Below are positions 52,001 through 59,849 of a stretch of DNA of 64,000 bases, one piece after another (within the stretch, counting starts at the first letter, position 1; every line of letters begins with the position of its first letter). Source of the stretch: a virus; the IMG/VR virus record IMGVR_UViG_3300001533_000699; one strand, written 5' to 3'. Below the pieces are notes generated by a model. That model searched no databases. It saw only the letters and a program-made list of their open reading frames with translations, and was not told the origin of the DNA. Both the position numbers and the translations under genes were made by a program.

Positions 52001-54293
52001 CGCCACGAGCAAACCCAAGCACATGTTGTAGGCTTGGGTCATACATCACATTCTCTGGGTCTCTAAAAGCGCTGTAGTCAGGTGGTCGAAACTCTCTAGG
52101 AGCAATAGTCTCGTGACCAAAGATGTTGTGTAGTCCGTATAGAGATGGTTTAATCGATTGATGTGGATAGCGACGGATATCATCCAACATCATTTGAATT
52201 CTATCTTTGTTGTACCGAATCTTATTCATTCCATGAATTTCAGTAAGTCTTTTCCAAAAACCATTCTTATCACCATGGGCCATACCCAAAGCACTTCTTG
52301 CTATATTTGATGGCGCAATAACAGTGGCAGACACACCAGGTTTTTTACCGGATAAGAGAGTACGTCCAAGCACAGAGGAACCCATACCACGACCAGATAC
52401 AGATGAACCAATAACTCTACCACCACTGCTCATCTGATTAATGTCGCGCAGATTATTATATCCAAAACTGCGAGCAGCATTCTTGTTAATCACGAATTCA
52501 CCGGGCGTTAACATTGCTGGAACAGTGTCTTGATTACCAGCTCCCGGTACTGAACCACCTGTTGCCATTTTTCTGGCAAATCCAGGCATCATAGTAATAG
52601 TCTTATTCAATAGCACGATACTAGAAGTAAGCTTAGACAACTCTACGTTGTTCAATCTCAACGCATCGGCATAAACCTTAGCTGTGGTTGTTTCTGTTTG
52701 TTGTGATACTGTATTTTTTTCAAGTGCTTGAGTATTTTGTTGTTGTACAGCAACCACTTGTTGTTGTAAGGCTTCAGATTCTTTTCTAGCTACTGGAAAT
52801 AGACCTTGAGAAAAACCACGGCCAAAACGACCAACCATTCTACCACCCTGAATCACACCCAATGCACCTAACAGCGGCATTAATGGCGATAGTTGACGAA
52901 CTACATCCGTAAGATTATCAGCAAATTTTAATGCGTATTCCGCTAGACTTTTGAACAGCTTACTGTCACCAATCTCACGAAATAGCTTTTTGTATTCTTC
53001 GGCAACCTGACCTATTTGTACAGCCAACGCACGTTGAGCAATCTCAGCATCTTCTGTAACAGATTCAGAACCAGCCAAAGAAGCAATCATAGCTTGTTGT
53101 GCTATGGTGAATTGTTGAATCAAAGGAATGGCCTTAGATACTTGACGGAAACCACCCAACTCTTCTATAATACGAGAGAATCGAATATCTCTAGGGTCTA
53201 AGTCTTTCAAAGCCATATGTAGTTTACGTACAGCATTATAAGGTCCAACAAAGTGGCCCTCTGTGTTTTGAAGCTCAATACCAAATTCTTTTAAGAACTG
53301 AATAGTACGCGGTCTTTGCATACGAGTGAAAATAGTACGGAAACCAGTAGCAATAGAATCGGCGCTTTCACGTGTAGTAGCACGTACAGATGTGAATAGA
53401 GCAATAAGTTCATTAAGGTCACCACCAGCAGCCTTGAACGCACCACCAGTACGTCGTATAGCCGAGATGATATCAGAGCTTTCTACAGCAAAACTACTAG
53501 CGACTGCGTTGATTGAACCTAGTGCTGACTCTATATCTTTACCCTGGATTTTGAACTGGCGCATAGCAGCAATAACGCCTTCTGTGGTCTGCTTCATGTT
53601 TTCGAATGTTGGCGACAAGTCAGACTTAGCAATCGCAGACATAGCTGCCTGAGTGTCTTTGGCGGCAAGACCAGCCTGAGATAAAATTCTCGTAACTTCA
53701 GCCAATTCATTAGATGACACACCATACGCAGTACTCATATCTCCGATAGCGTCTGTCAAACTACGAAGACCAGATACTGTTTTTCCTGTAACCTGTTGTA
53801 CACGAACAATTTCACGCTCAAAATCTATAGCCGCTTTGATGCCTTGACGAATCTGTACCACCATACCAATCATTATACCGGCAGTAAGACTAAAACCAAC
53901 GAAACGCCGTAAAGCCAAAGCAGATATACGTCCAAATTCACCAATCTCAGTTGCAGCTAATTCCGATGCGTTTGCTGTGGCAAGCATGTTTCTAGATGTC
54001 TGTTGAGTAGATTGAGCAACTTTATTAATTTTTTGTTGCGCGCCAGAAACGCTAGTCTTTACAGCGGCTAAAGCCGTAGAGGCAGCATTCGCGCTAGCTG
54101 TAATATCTTTAAGATGTACGTTTGTACTAGACAAAGACTTATTGAAATTAGTCAATGCGGTATTAGTCCCAGACGGAATGTTCAATGCAACATTCACACT
54201 CACACTTTGTAGCTGAGACTGAATGCGATTAACTATCTGTCTAACATTAGCTGGACCTTGGAGCTTCAAACGCGCCACTAAATTAAAAGCCAT
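43095..54293 (-). CDS. tape measure protein with inserted cargo domains (two HExxH zincins)
   Basis: TP901-type core (FRTIFTRM), Ala/Gln helical runs, Gly-zipper TM segment, repeated DTVPAxLxxGEFV modules; ATG 54293 after GAGG. Confidence 0.9.
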   Translation of the reverse strand: MAFNLVARLKLQGPANVRQIVNRIQSQLQSVSVNVALNIPSGTNTALTNFNKSLSSTNVHLKDITASANAASTALAAVKTSVSGAQQKINKVAQSTQQTSRNMLATANASELAATEIGEFGRISALALRRFVGFSLTAGIMIGMVVQIRQGIKAAIDFEREIVRVQQVTGKTVSGLRSLTDAIGDMSTAYGVSSNELAEVTRILSQAGLAAKDTQAAMSAIAKSDLSPTFENMKQTTEGVIAAMRQFKIQGKDIESALGSINAVASSFAVESSDIISAIRRTGGAFKAAGGDLNELIALFTSVRATTRESADSIATGFRTIFTRMQRPRTIQFLKEFGIELQNTEGHFVGPYNAVRKLHMALKDLDPRDIRFSRIIEELGGFRQVSKAIPLIQQFTIAQQAMIASLAGSESVTEDAEIAQRALAVQIGQVAEEYKKLFREIGDSKLFKSLAEYALKFADNLTDVVRQLSPLMPLLGALGVIQGGRMVGRFGRGFSQGLFPVARKESEALQQQVVAVQQQNTQALEKNTVSQQTETTTAKVYADALRLNNVELSKLTSSIVLLNKTITMMPGFARKMATGGSVPGAGNQDTVPAMLTPGEFVINKNAARSFGYNNLRDINQMSSGGRVIGSSVSGRGMGSSVLGRTLLSGKKPGVSATVIAPSNIARSALGMAHGDKNGFWKRLTEIHGMNKIRYNKDRIQMMLDDIRRYPHQSIKPSLYGLHNIFGHETIAPREFRPPDYSAFRDPENVMYDPSLQHVLGFARGGMVPDPRIRLAYKYAKQYKKKFGLKQEMDRLPHIREFDKDDYMDEASAYGYFRNTNVHDMRRLMTSRRGFNQPRGEIALNLQLIKNNAKLKDTVFHELSHRADAQAGGNLGYASDRSGDMWHLWITKNKQRLFDALTKHLARRMMLPYIQGKSDNDLIQTFASNPNELIAGIGSRSFYDALPSTADKVDFIKKSIYKSMSLQAGRFLSDQPDSEYFARMMAGSSPDLRRLRRDFLSKDIFGGENVAPQAKAEQVRIAKIMEGRGKIQGYARGGVVPGVGSGDTVPALLESGEFVIQKSAVDAFGVENLRRINKYAQGDIVRPDGLRMPPNMPPIAAHGLPYSVAKPIADKYAVQSGSAAHWGRMSAATPNTQYARSPIPVNAGQEVASSGNAGQAAQQAMFMTMMLGNFASTMVDADSAAQKWIQSATTMIITFNAMRMSLGVVQGLTSQLSNFAKTGAQAGVASTHLRGMFSPKSVMGSPHAFRQVATPMGMGVKSLTRYGHVDALSKNLTGLNLAALGTASAIAALSGILIYLGEQSRKESHEMAKDARTSAQMQDAIDKRRTGRGLSSAGWGAAAGGGIGFIVGSIFPVIGNAVGAAVGAGIGGALGGLYGMFGSMEAEIKELRKINRESRVQESSDDIRNALDRLAAGNVDARGSKELLTLGKSLESLRAAQFQAEADKDTDAALSITRELRGMAPQVQVVKDELISSAASLDDFENRTSAGAQIITYMASQKTSSTYAIRQEIQKEITERNKARASMEKETRARERAVSLITTLNQFNAAMTETVQRLQRAGDALDGIAGLARGDVVMPEFKGMPGFGNFASITEGGVFDIKQFEDALRQVGGGFGSTSDNYMLNSTLDIARTIDKLPQVIRNVVAGGATALSPEQLSGQFQDEFENLLGTKDDTGKMQITRAQEMVMHTIMGGITDMIGKQGSEAGVGKLINQMRTDEAGVLRELGLKEFEPIFKQWDGIANSQTDAMQALDKAVKTRISLETDMTRKQLDLARQELSNRQEIFELTKQWPTDEFGAGRVRAARGNQISDVLQGTRVAGADPFDVELIGGALSRVNEEINELSQKRQTMKVVDDSNRKASFETTTQLGALNTEAQKLQMALGVLANTTDEATQIRQTLNRLEEEKKGQFGLLERYMFESDEGQQKILTSIYDALAVSYGGIDIQKLPDERRQALGSLSMGDFRNIRALMFGVDEQGQGLTGNIFNTNEALKFSNGVNMPAMLRPFLGATLGERAAEIAPGTITDEQKPLLDNLKRLHAEKHQAELANLALMKDEHTRFITLMGSEFTNFTKVLVDSFAKAEVDTLKREQFVLKSRIGDINKQKESVASIREMADSVGLNISDKAAMDIALIVSKKSDVIDNAKNRYSRAVSFDQLQSRYSITREGATPEDIIATGINPKRFMSTAYEAWQRAKESPEMDFATVLKTKMGDTNQDFLGKMDKEGLLSDDVIKNLRLAIAEKLQKYGDDYKAIQDEKYRAERHGQDDIYQKDDKGAYVFDNQYAKDLRERLDIAPREAFQEISAMISDALRKAANTDIAAMQSGTIGDDKNNFGVFRELLINNSKDILGLSSSLKELDNVKLERLNSNLANFTTRLEEINIELTKLGAVGGEAEAHATGGPIFRSRGTDTVPAMLTPGEFVVKRSAAQKNMELLRAINSGDTPMYAAQGGVVDRRAYWTKKREEEQAQRDRARARAMAIAFPDENQRREYADRAITNDSTQSKPISKEAYWANKRDEELAERERIRQRLRTRKPTPLNDIPSGRTPGEIYVNGKPYEQGSGKAALPTTPTAFSTITPEAFPAQPPIAEQPNIQISTPRYPPGTDARFRSRGYTPQKPLHQLRAESQARMETIHTQRAELEQDFEQDYTRNLEHRRQYNAATLEAKRKDNLMRIVGGDSVAQAQSRFDAMRSRIKSFDAQREALLYGSKKPVTATTPTTRGTGAYDANAKPPARTRQPLGFDRPPVETHTPKFESMADLQAHQMRRREAQNAEMLAGRSTDQRLRAEYDNRTRTMQRMNILAENGVISRDATPEEAAKAWEQLQRNIALKTDMHNMVQDFGHYIPRQNRQSATGLRDLILRYEPDFFDDTEVWKDIPAQLGVGTSASFMNMAQGIISNKLKSQGHEVSQKTIRDLLEAEYQQELLKEEQRKSKEYDQQAVIAHTQGKLNRRQRELLGSQPRELHHNLATNIGTHTSPTLSKEAHDLSLNSKYAERIRRNAHNVFELNREADIHAPVMRGRIQDLRKDTRMPQRNQGDMSPQLSPVGPLPIPSSREILPPGSIGGETLIGNTARSTQPINISDTAQAHFAEEMGRMVSERRPQTYDEVQRVMEEGRATMGQPKIYSEDVVREALNRRAALQDAYDRNKRSAFHSSREGYAKYKHTYTQKVADPNSLPTYDELYKQYGNPKLKTEINDIDDWIRSQELLKEEQRKRKAYQPNKMFEHVPWVTKKENLGQKLNTPDSIFDVANAQLQHIGESLNMQDFVFGVTVGNIPPEELKRTQEAYDLKKVAAVWMDAKKQIGLGDFLHKKHQQWVNGQITRKQFENGMRRFVGHELGHGIDNAMHVSDNQAIQSFLNNPAVLDAYSKSMSGGDGKPTAHSLRPKEILANIFSSHTSSLKPLQEQLFKIMRSEELLPKDAKTFHSGGLVSGSGNQPAVLQGGEFVLSRSVVQALAKGGVVQGYQDGGVAQSNTTSAGGSYSLLLADDAQSAMKNFTQEFTKTVNDFSDAAQRLEAFPDNFDGVVTRLEDSISTIPTEIKLDADLNALTSSLDDAISRWETATSGMPTEFSLNTADVNSMLSKFSSDFATNVGALQQTMSEFSASSEALPENISAAFGTANTGMIESANALSGAMSDFNSAATSFGQSATQLATVVAEFAVAADRMRGAAIEIRDALAQEVRISVTHTHQPVTVVVEGGETLTQSGDAFSEMVMGVVGPEIDRLRDRIRDTGFGIA
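44665..45540. repeat. 30-bp exact direct repeat (44665-44694 and 45511-45540)
   Basis: TTACGTTGCTCTTCTTTTAATAATTCTTGT twice, 846 bp apart, in frame (QELLKEEQRK). Confidence 0.9.
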
Positions 54294-54310
54294 GTCATAC
54301 CTCATATATA

Positions 54311-54368
54311 AAGAAAAAAGCCATATTGTCAGTATCGAGATTCACACTCGCCTTACCGACAACATGGC
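54311..54368 (-). terminator. long hairpin plus U-tract upstream of the tape measure gene
   Basis: minus strand GCCATGTTGTCGGTA..CGAG-TGTGAAT-CTCG..TACTGACAATATGGC-TTTTTTCTT. Confidence 0.7.
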
Positions 54369-54386
54369 CCTATCCGCGTATTATAA

Positions 54387-55184
54387 TCACTCTGGGTCAG
54401 GTAAAGGTTGGCCGTCATCATCTAAGAACGGCTGCGACTCTACTTGATAATTACCGATTTCATCGACTGGATTACCGTTGACATCTACAAGATTACCTTG
54501 CTCATCTACATAATGACCTTTATCATTAATGAGACGACCTTCTGTATCAACTAAGTGTCCATCTTTGTTTACTAAGCGTAGTTCTTCATCAACAAAACGC
54601 CACTTAGAAAGAAACTTGTTCTCTGGTAAAGATGCTTCATGATTTTTATCAAGAGCATACATCATCTGAGCCAAAGTTTGAGCACCAGTAAATGCCTCTT
54701 CAGTATCTGCGTTAGTAAGATAGTCATCCACATCGCTGTATACGGGTTTACCCGTATCATTATACACCAAACACGAAGCTACAAGAGCATTAAATCTAGC
54801 GTTCTCAGCTTGACCTTCGACAGTATTTACGTCAAGCTCATTACGTTGGGCAATAAGATTACGTAATTGAAAACGCACTTTACGAATATCGAGAGCTAGA
54901 CGGCGCGCCTCAGACAACTTAATACCACCACGCTGTAGGTTTAACTCATGTTCATTGAGGTTGTTTAGCAGTTCTCTTTGCTGCTTTTCTTTCTCATCAT
55001 TCCATAAACCTTGGTCACGCATATAGTCTCCAAGACGTTGACGCAACAAACCGCCTGCCTTTAGAGCCTCAGCAAAAGTCGCATTGTAAACACGCTGAGC
55101 TGCACGTTGGTCCTTCGGCATTGGCTTTAGTACAGCATATTCTGTGTCATTGACCTTAAAAACTTCCTTCTTCTTTTCACTCAT
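54387..55184 (-). CDS. probable tail assembly chaperone with C-terminal DxxG heptad repeats
   Basis: immediately upstream of the tape measure gene; VDTEGRL/INDKGHY/VDEQGNL repeats. Confidence 0.55.
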   Translation of the reverse strand: MSEKKKEVFKVNDTEYAVLKPMPKDQRAAQRVYNATFAEALKAGGLLRQRLGDYMRDQGLWNDEKEKQQRELLNNLNEHELNLQRGGIKLSEARRLALDIRKVRFQLRNLIAQRNELDVNTVEGQAENARFNALVASCLVYNDTGKPVYSDVDDYLTNADTEEAFTGAQTLAQMMYALDKNHEASLPENKFLSKWRFVDEELRLVNKDGHLVDTEGRLINDKGHYVDEQGNLVDVNGNPVDEIGNYQVESQPFLDDDGQPLPDPE

Positions 55185-55576
55185 AGTTTTTTCTCCTGTT
55201 TTTGTACTTGAAATTCCATATGATATCTATTCCACTTGATAACATGATTAGCAATTTCACTTTTGACTGCACGTAATTGTGTATTGCCATTATCTAATAC
55301 AATAGTACGAACATTTTTCCATAACTCCAACATACTCTGTTGTTCAACTGTTAGTTGGTCTTCTGGTAGGTCGTGACCCCACAAAAAACCAAACTCGTCT
55401 TCAAACGCCGCCAACGCACCAATAAATGTTGTGCGAACCTTCGTAGACACAATCTTATCGAGACGCTTACGAGAATGTTCAATAAATTTCTCGTCTTTAG
55501 CTTGACGCATTCGTTCAACCAATGCCTTCATCTGACCATGGCTAAGAACGCATGTATCTTCCATTTTATCGTCCAT
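55181..55576 (-). CDS. hypothetical protein (tail region)
   Basis: AGGAG RBS, ATGA overlap. Confidence 0.65.
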   Translation of the reverse strand: MDDKMEDTCVLSHGQMKALVERMRQAKDEKFIEHSRKRLDKIVSTKVRTTFIGALAAFEDEFGFLWGHDLPEDQLTVEQQSMLELWKNVRTIVLDNGNTQLRAVKSEIANHVIKWNRYHMEFQVQKQEKKL

Positions 55577-55604
55577 ATTAATGGCTCCTTTTATAAGACC
55601 CTAT

Positions 55605-56645
55605 TTACTTACTTTTCATCCTGTTCCTAAACTGTTGAGCGGACTGCATCGCCATTTTCTGTTGGGAATCAGGCATGTTTTGTTCACCAACAACCTTACG
55701 TTTTTGTAACACGGCCATACGCTGCTTCTTAGTAAAACGCGCACCTGTTGCATTCATGTCATCAACCCTTTTAGCGTCCGAAGCAGAATCAACAGGAATA
55801 AATACCTCTTGTGCACCACCAAGACCAGCTTTGTGGCCCTCACCTTCCTGCTTACTTTTTTCACGCTTTTTCTGTTCTAGTATGACCCAACCATCCAATA
55901 GGTCATCATCTTCCAGTACTTCCTTTGGTGGTGGGTCTGGATGTTCTTGTATACTGTCATATAGCTTCGACCACGCAATAAGTGCTTGTTGTTCATCTGT
56001 CAGCCATACGGATGGAACGCCAAACACTCTACCTTCTTGCCTGCCGCTTGACCATATCATACGCCAACGATGATTTTGTGAGAGGGAACGCAAATCTGAC
56101 TCTGTTGGTTTAGCCTGAAGATATATGTCAATAAGAGCACGCATTAAAGAATCGGATACCTCTTCTAAATTCACTAATTGTTCTTTATCATCTATAGTGT
56201 TTCTAGCTAATAAGTATTGTAGCTTAGCGCTTTCAGCTAAGCCTTCTGCTGTATACAAATCATATGTATGACGCCGAGACGATAACCCATACTGACGCTC
56301 ACGCGCCTTTGCTAATAACTTACGTATTTGGTCAACTCTTCTACTCTTGAATGCAATATAACCCTGATACATCTCAACCTTTAAGGCGTCTAACCTAGAC
56401 GGCATTGTAGTTAATTCATTCTCTTCATCCATAGACCATAACCCATGCTCTATGATTAATTCAAGCATTTCGCTTGAGTTTACTACACCAAAAAATGAAC
56501 ACTCATTTAGTGTTTCGCGATATACAAACTCAGCCTCAAGCCTATTAGCAGGAGAGGGTGGGCATACATAATATACGTCAGGTATTATCTGACAACGTAC
56601 CCTGCCGCTCACTACCTGATGTAACAGAAGTTCTTGCTCGTCCAT
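55605..56645 (-). CDS. hypothetical protein (possible tail chaperone)
   Basis: between tail tube and tape measure; YD..EHPDPP..DD..LDGW. Confidence 0.55.
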   Translation of the reverse strand: MDEQELLLHQVVSGRVRCQIIPDVYYVCPPSPANRLEAEFVYRETLNECSFFGVVNSSEMLELIIEHGLWSMDEENELTTMPSRLDALKVEMYQGYIAFKSRRVDQIRKLLAKARERQYGLSSRRHTYDLYTAEGLAESAKLQYLLARNTIDDKEQLVNLEEVSDSLMRALIDIYLQAKPTESDLRSLSQNHRWRMIWSSGRQEGRVFGVPSVWLTDEQQALIAWSKLYDSIQEHPDPPPKEVLEDDDLLDGWVILEQKKREKSKQEGEGHKAGLGGAQEVFIPVDSASDAKRVDDMNATGARFTKKQRMAVLQKRKVVGEQNMPDSQQKMAMQSAQQFRNRMKSK

Positions 56646-56907
56646 CTAATTCTCTTCTGGTTATTCCTAGTTCTTTGTTTAAGGCATCAATTTGCTTACG
56701 CATACCTTCAGCTTCATTCTGTAAACGTAGAATCTCTTTCTTATATTCTTCGCTTACAGAGCGAAATTGTTCTTCACGGGTACGCATAGAATGATGAGAG
56801 TCTAAATAGAGACTACCAACTATAGTAGCAAGCTCATCGTATGACCAACCTCTTTCACGAGGCATTTGGTCGGCGTCAACAGACTGTACAGGAATAGCAC
56901 GTTCCAT
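56578..56907 (-). CDS. coiled-coil hypothetical protein
   Basis: AGGAG RBS, heptad pattern. Confidence 0.6.
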   Translation of the reverse strand: MERAIPVQSVDADQMPRERGWSYDELATIVGSLYLDSHHSMRTREEQFRSVSEEYKKEILRLQNEAEGMRKQIDALNKELGITRRELDGRARTSVTSGSERQGTLSDNT

Positions 56908-56943
56908 AATTAATCTCCTAACCTAAAATAAAAATCCTAAAGA

Positions 56944-56975
56944 TGAAGGTGCGGGCACGATTGCCCGCACGTTCA
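56944..56975 (-). terminator. GC-rich stem-loop downstream of the tail tube gene
   Basis: GTGCGGGCA-CGAT-TGCCCGCAC, 9-bp stem; weak U-tract. Confidence 0.55.
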
Positions 56976-56997
56976 CCGTCCACCTACAAAATCAAAC

Positions 56998-58131
56998 TCA
57001 CGGACGCAATGCAACAACCTTGTCATTAGGATGCTTTACGTCAAAGTCGTTGAAGTTACTATAGCTATAAGTGACTTCAACATTACCACCGCCAGCGTCA
57101 CCACCACTATGACCAACGCTTGACAACTTATTCTTGGTACCACAATCGATTTGCAGACCTTCGCAAAGTACAAGCTTAATATTTTGGTCTACCAAATTAT
57201 AGCGAGTGCCGCAAGGACCACCAGTACCATCATCATAAATACCGTCTTCAGTTGCAGAAATCATATCACCAGAAATGCTGATGACAGTAATTTCGTTTGT
57301 AACTTCAACAGGGAAGTTAATGAAGCGATAATAAGTACCACGACGGCCAAGTTCAAAAAGTTCTTCACGGTTAAAGTCTGTACTGATATTCCAGCTTTGC
57401 ACGTGCACACCATATTCACCGCCAGAAAGCATATTAACACCAGAACCACCACCAGCATTTATAACGCCGGGCATATTCAAAGGCAGCAATGAAACATTTG
57501 CACCACTACCAAACATAACATCTTCGCGTCTGTTGACACCGCCAGAACCGGTAATAGACTTCGGGTCAGTGTCACCAGAAGACCACGGTGTAGAAGGAAT
57601 CCATGTAGCTGTAGTTAAATCATAACCAGTAAAGCTAGTGGTATCGCCACCAATAACCCACACTTTGTTTTGTCCAACCAAAGACACGGATTCTGTAGCG
57701 TTTCCATCTACACTTACTTCATAACCAACAGAAGATACATAAAGACCACTCATATGGACTTCAGCTCCAGGTGTACCTTCTGCATAGTCATTGGTTTCAT
57801 CATATACAGCCAAAGCAACCTTACAAACGCCTTGTGAACGTGCAACCAAAGTAGAACCAGAAGGAGCATCACCATTTTCATCAGCCGCAGTAGCCAGCAG
57901 ATAAACAGGACAATAACCATCTAGTACTTTCGCTGTTTCCACTTGTACCTCAGGCACGCCTTCAACGTTTTCATATAACGCCAACTGACCAATCTCGAAA
58001 ATTTGTTCAAGATTAAAGGTGGTGGTCATACCAAGGGTCTGTAAACCGCGAATAACTTCAAAGTTGTTGGATGTTACCGGTGCAACACCAGCACGTTGAC
58101 AAGCATAAAAAATTCTTTTATTTTTAGCCAC
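56998..58131 (-). CDS. major tail tube protein (putative)
   Basis: position; two related halves with EQIFEIGQ and EELFELGR; strong AGGAGG RBS. Confidence 0.65.
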   Translation of the reverse strand: MAKNKRIFYACQRAGVAPVTSNNFEVIRGLQTLGMTTTFNLEQIFEIGQLALYENVEGVPEVQVETAKVLDGYCPVYLLATAADENGDAPSGSTLVARSQGVCKVALAVYDETNDYAEGTPGAEVHMSGLYVSSVGYEVSVDGNATESVSLVGQNKVWVIGGDTTSFTGYDLTTATWIPSTPWSSGDTDPKSITGSGGVNRREDVMFGSGANVSLLPLNMPGVINAGGGSGVNMLSGGEYGVHVQSWNISTDFNREELFELGRRGTYYRFINFPVEVTNEITVISISGDMISATEDGIYDDGTGGPCGTRYNLVDQNIKLVLCEGLQIDCGTKNKLSSVGHSGGDAGGGNVEVTYSYSNFNDFDVKHPNDKVVALRP

Positions 58132-58191
58132 TTTATAGCCTCCTAAATAGTTATTGTCTTAAAGTGTGGACTACCGATTTATACACCAAAT

Positions 58192-59160
58192 CTAGATGTT
58201 CTCGAATATAGCCTCACATGTTAAACGTAATGTACCTCTATATAACCAATTGTTGGTTGTTTGCATGTTTTCAGTATTAGCATACTTTAACATAATGTGT
58301 GTCCATGCAAAACCACCACTAGCTACATCAGCAACTATTTGTGGATACTGCATCGGATTTGTTATTGGACGACCCATAATATCAATATCTACAGGAAAAG
58401 TTCCGCTAGATTTCATCAGACCCCTATCTGGTAATATGATTACCTTGTCACTCTGATTACCTAAGATATTTACTAGTTTATCTCGCTCGTCTTTTGTTTC
58501 TGAAAGAACATAAAAAAGTATATCTTGCAACACAAATTGTCCACCCCCTAATTGATATGGGCGATAGCCACCACGACTAGAAAGCTCAATTGCAATTGTT
58601 GGCATTCTACGTCTGGCTTCTGAAAGTCGATTTGTGTTCAGATAATCTGCTTGATGAACATCTAAAGACCCATACATAAGTTCTTGTAGCCAAGGTTCTT
58701 TAGCTGGCCCAATCGTAGGCACCCTAAAGGCATAATCACATCTAACATCACTAGAGGTACTAATTGGTGAATCAAAAACAACTCTTCCGCGAGGAAAATC
58801 TACATAGTGGGCATAGTCACCGACAGTCGTATTCGTATTATAAAACGTATCATTTACAGCTACGCCACTACAAGCCTGTGGTTGAACTCCATAAGATATG
58901 CCTGTTTCCCACACCCAGTCCGAACGCAAAGATTCCCAAACCTGACCAGATTGATAATTAGGGTCATCTACTAAATGTAAAATTGCTGGATGACCACCAT
59001 ATAAACCACTGGCTTGACTACGCTCAACGTTCTCAAATCCACCTACTTGAAGCATCGCCCAACGCATCCATTCCGTAATACCATATTGCAAGTTATCATT
59101 AAAACCGTCTTTACGCCAATTAGTGACGCCTTTGAATGTTTCATAAGCATGTAGTGTCAT
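58192..59160 (-). CDS. tail completion/terminator-like protein
   Basis: upstream of the tube gene; DFPRGRVVF, PTIAIE, YQLGG. Confidence 0.5.
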   Translation of the reverse strand: MTLHAYETFKGVTNWRKDGFNDNLQYGITEWMRWAMLQVGGFENVERSQASGLYGGHPAILHLVDDPNYQSGQVWESLRSDWVWETGISYGVQPQACSGVAVNDTFYNTNTTVGDYAHYVDFPRGRVVFDSPISTSSDVRCDYAFRVPTIGPAKEPWLQELMYGSLDVHQADYLNTNRLSEARRRMPTIAIELSSRGGYRPYQLGGGQFVLQDILFYVLSETKDERDKLVNILGNQSDKVIILPDRGLMKSSGTFPVDIDIMGRPITNPMQYPQIVADVASGGFAWTHIMLKYANTENMQTTNNWLYRGTLRLTCEAIFENI

Positions 59161-59162
59161 AA

Positions 59163-59849
59163 CTATACCCTTCGAAAAACTTCGGCTTTAATCATATTCA
59201 AAATATCTGGCATGGCATTCGCAACGGCTTGGGTTGCAAAATTATTGTCAGAAACACCAGCATACTCTTCTGGTATACCCCAGCCCCGACCATGTGTCTT
59301 CACCATGATAACATTAGTATCGGTTCGTGAAGCCTTAGTATAGTTTTTCACTTTCTTTGATACATATCCCAAAACCAAAATCTCTTGTCCATGTAACAAC
59401 AACCATTCCAACCACGGTATTTGAGTTCCTTTATCAGTCATATAAGAAGACCATGCTTCTTGTAAAACATCCTTGTAGCTTGCATCAATAGCACGAATAA
59501 CCACAGCAGTTCCAGATATTTGCTTACCTACTAATTTAGGTGCTCTTAGAGTAACCGTCGTGGACCCTATCCAAGTCCGAACCAACGACTCCATAGCAGA
59601 TATGCTGTCTGCAATACCTAATTGACTTCTAAGTTTACCGTCTTCATTAAACATATCTATAAACGTAGGGTGTTTACGTAAACTAGTCTCAAGTATCTTC
59701 TTAGTTCCACGCCGTAGTGATGTTTTAAAGGCTTGGCTTTGTAATTTCTTACTAAGTACCTTGTACATCTCTTTAACGATTCTATCAGCAAATACTTCAG
59801 GTGGTGTTACCATCTGAATACCCATTGACATTCCACCAACATTAACCAC
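59163..59849 (-). CDS. neck/tail-joining protein (putative)
   Basis: PWLEWLL..G motif, position. Confidence 0.5.
   Translation of the reverse strand: MVNVGGMSMGIQMVTPPEVFADRIVKEMYKVLSKKLQSQAFKTSLRRGTKKILETSLRKHPTFIDMFNEDGKLRSQLGIADSISAMESLVRTWIGSTTVTLRAPKLVGKQISGTAVVIRAIDASYKDVLQEAWSSYMTDKGTQIPWLEWLLLHGQEILVLGYVSKKVKNYTKASRTDTNVIMVKTHGRGWGIPEEYAGVSDNNFATQAVANAMPDILNMIKAEVFRRV

Noticed and set aside
52090-52130. Third zincin in the first tape measure cargo (FGHETIA)
   Set aside because: The second His of HExxH is missing; at most a remnant.
55181-56907. Lambda G/GT-type programmed frameshift among the tail chaperones
   Set aside because: The ORFs overlap, but each can start independently and I found no convincing slippery heptamer at a junction.
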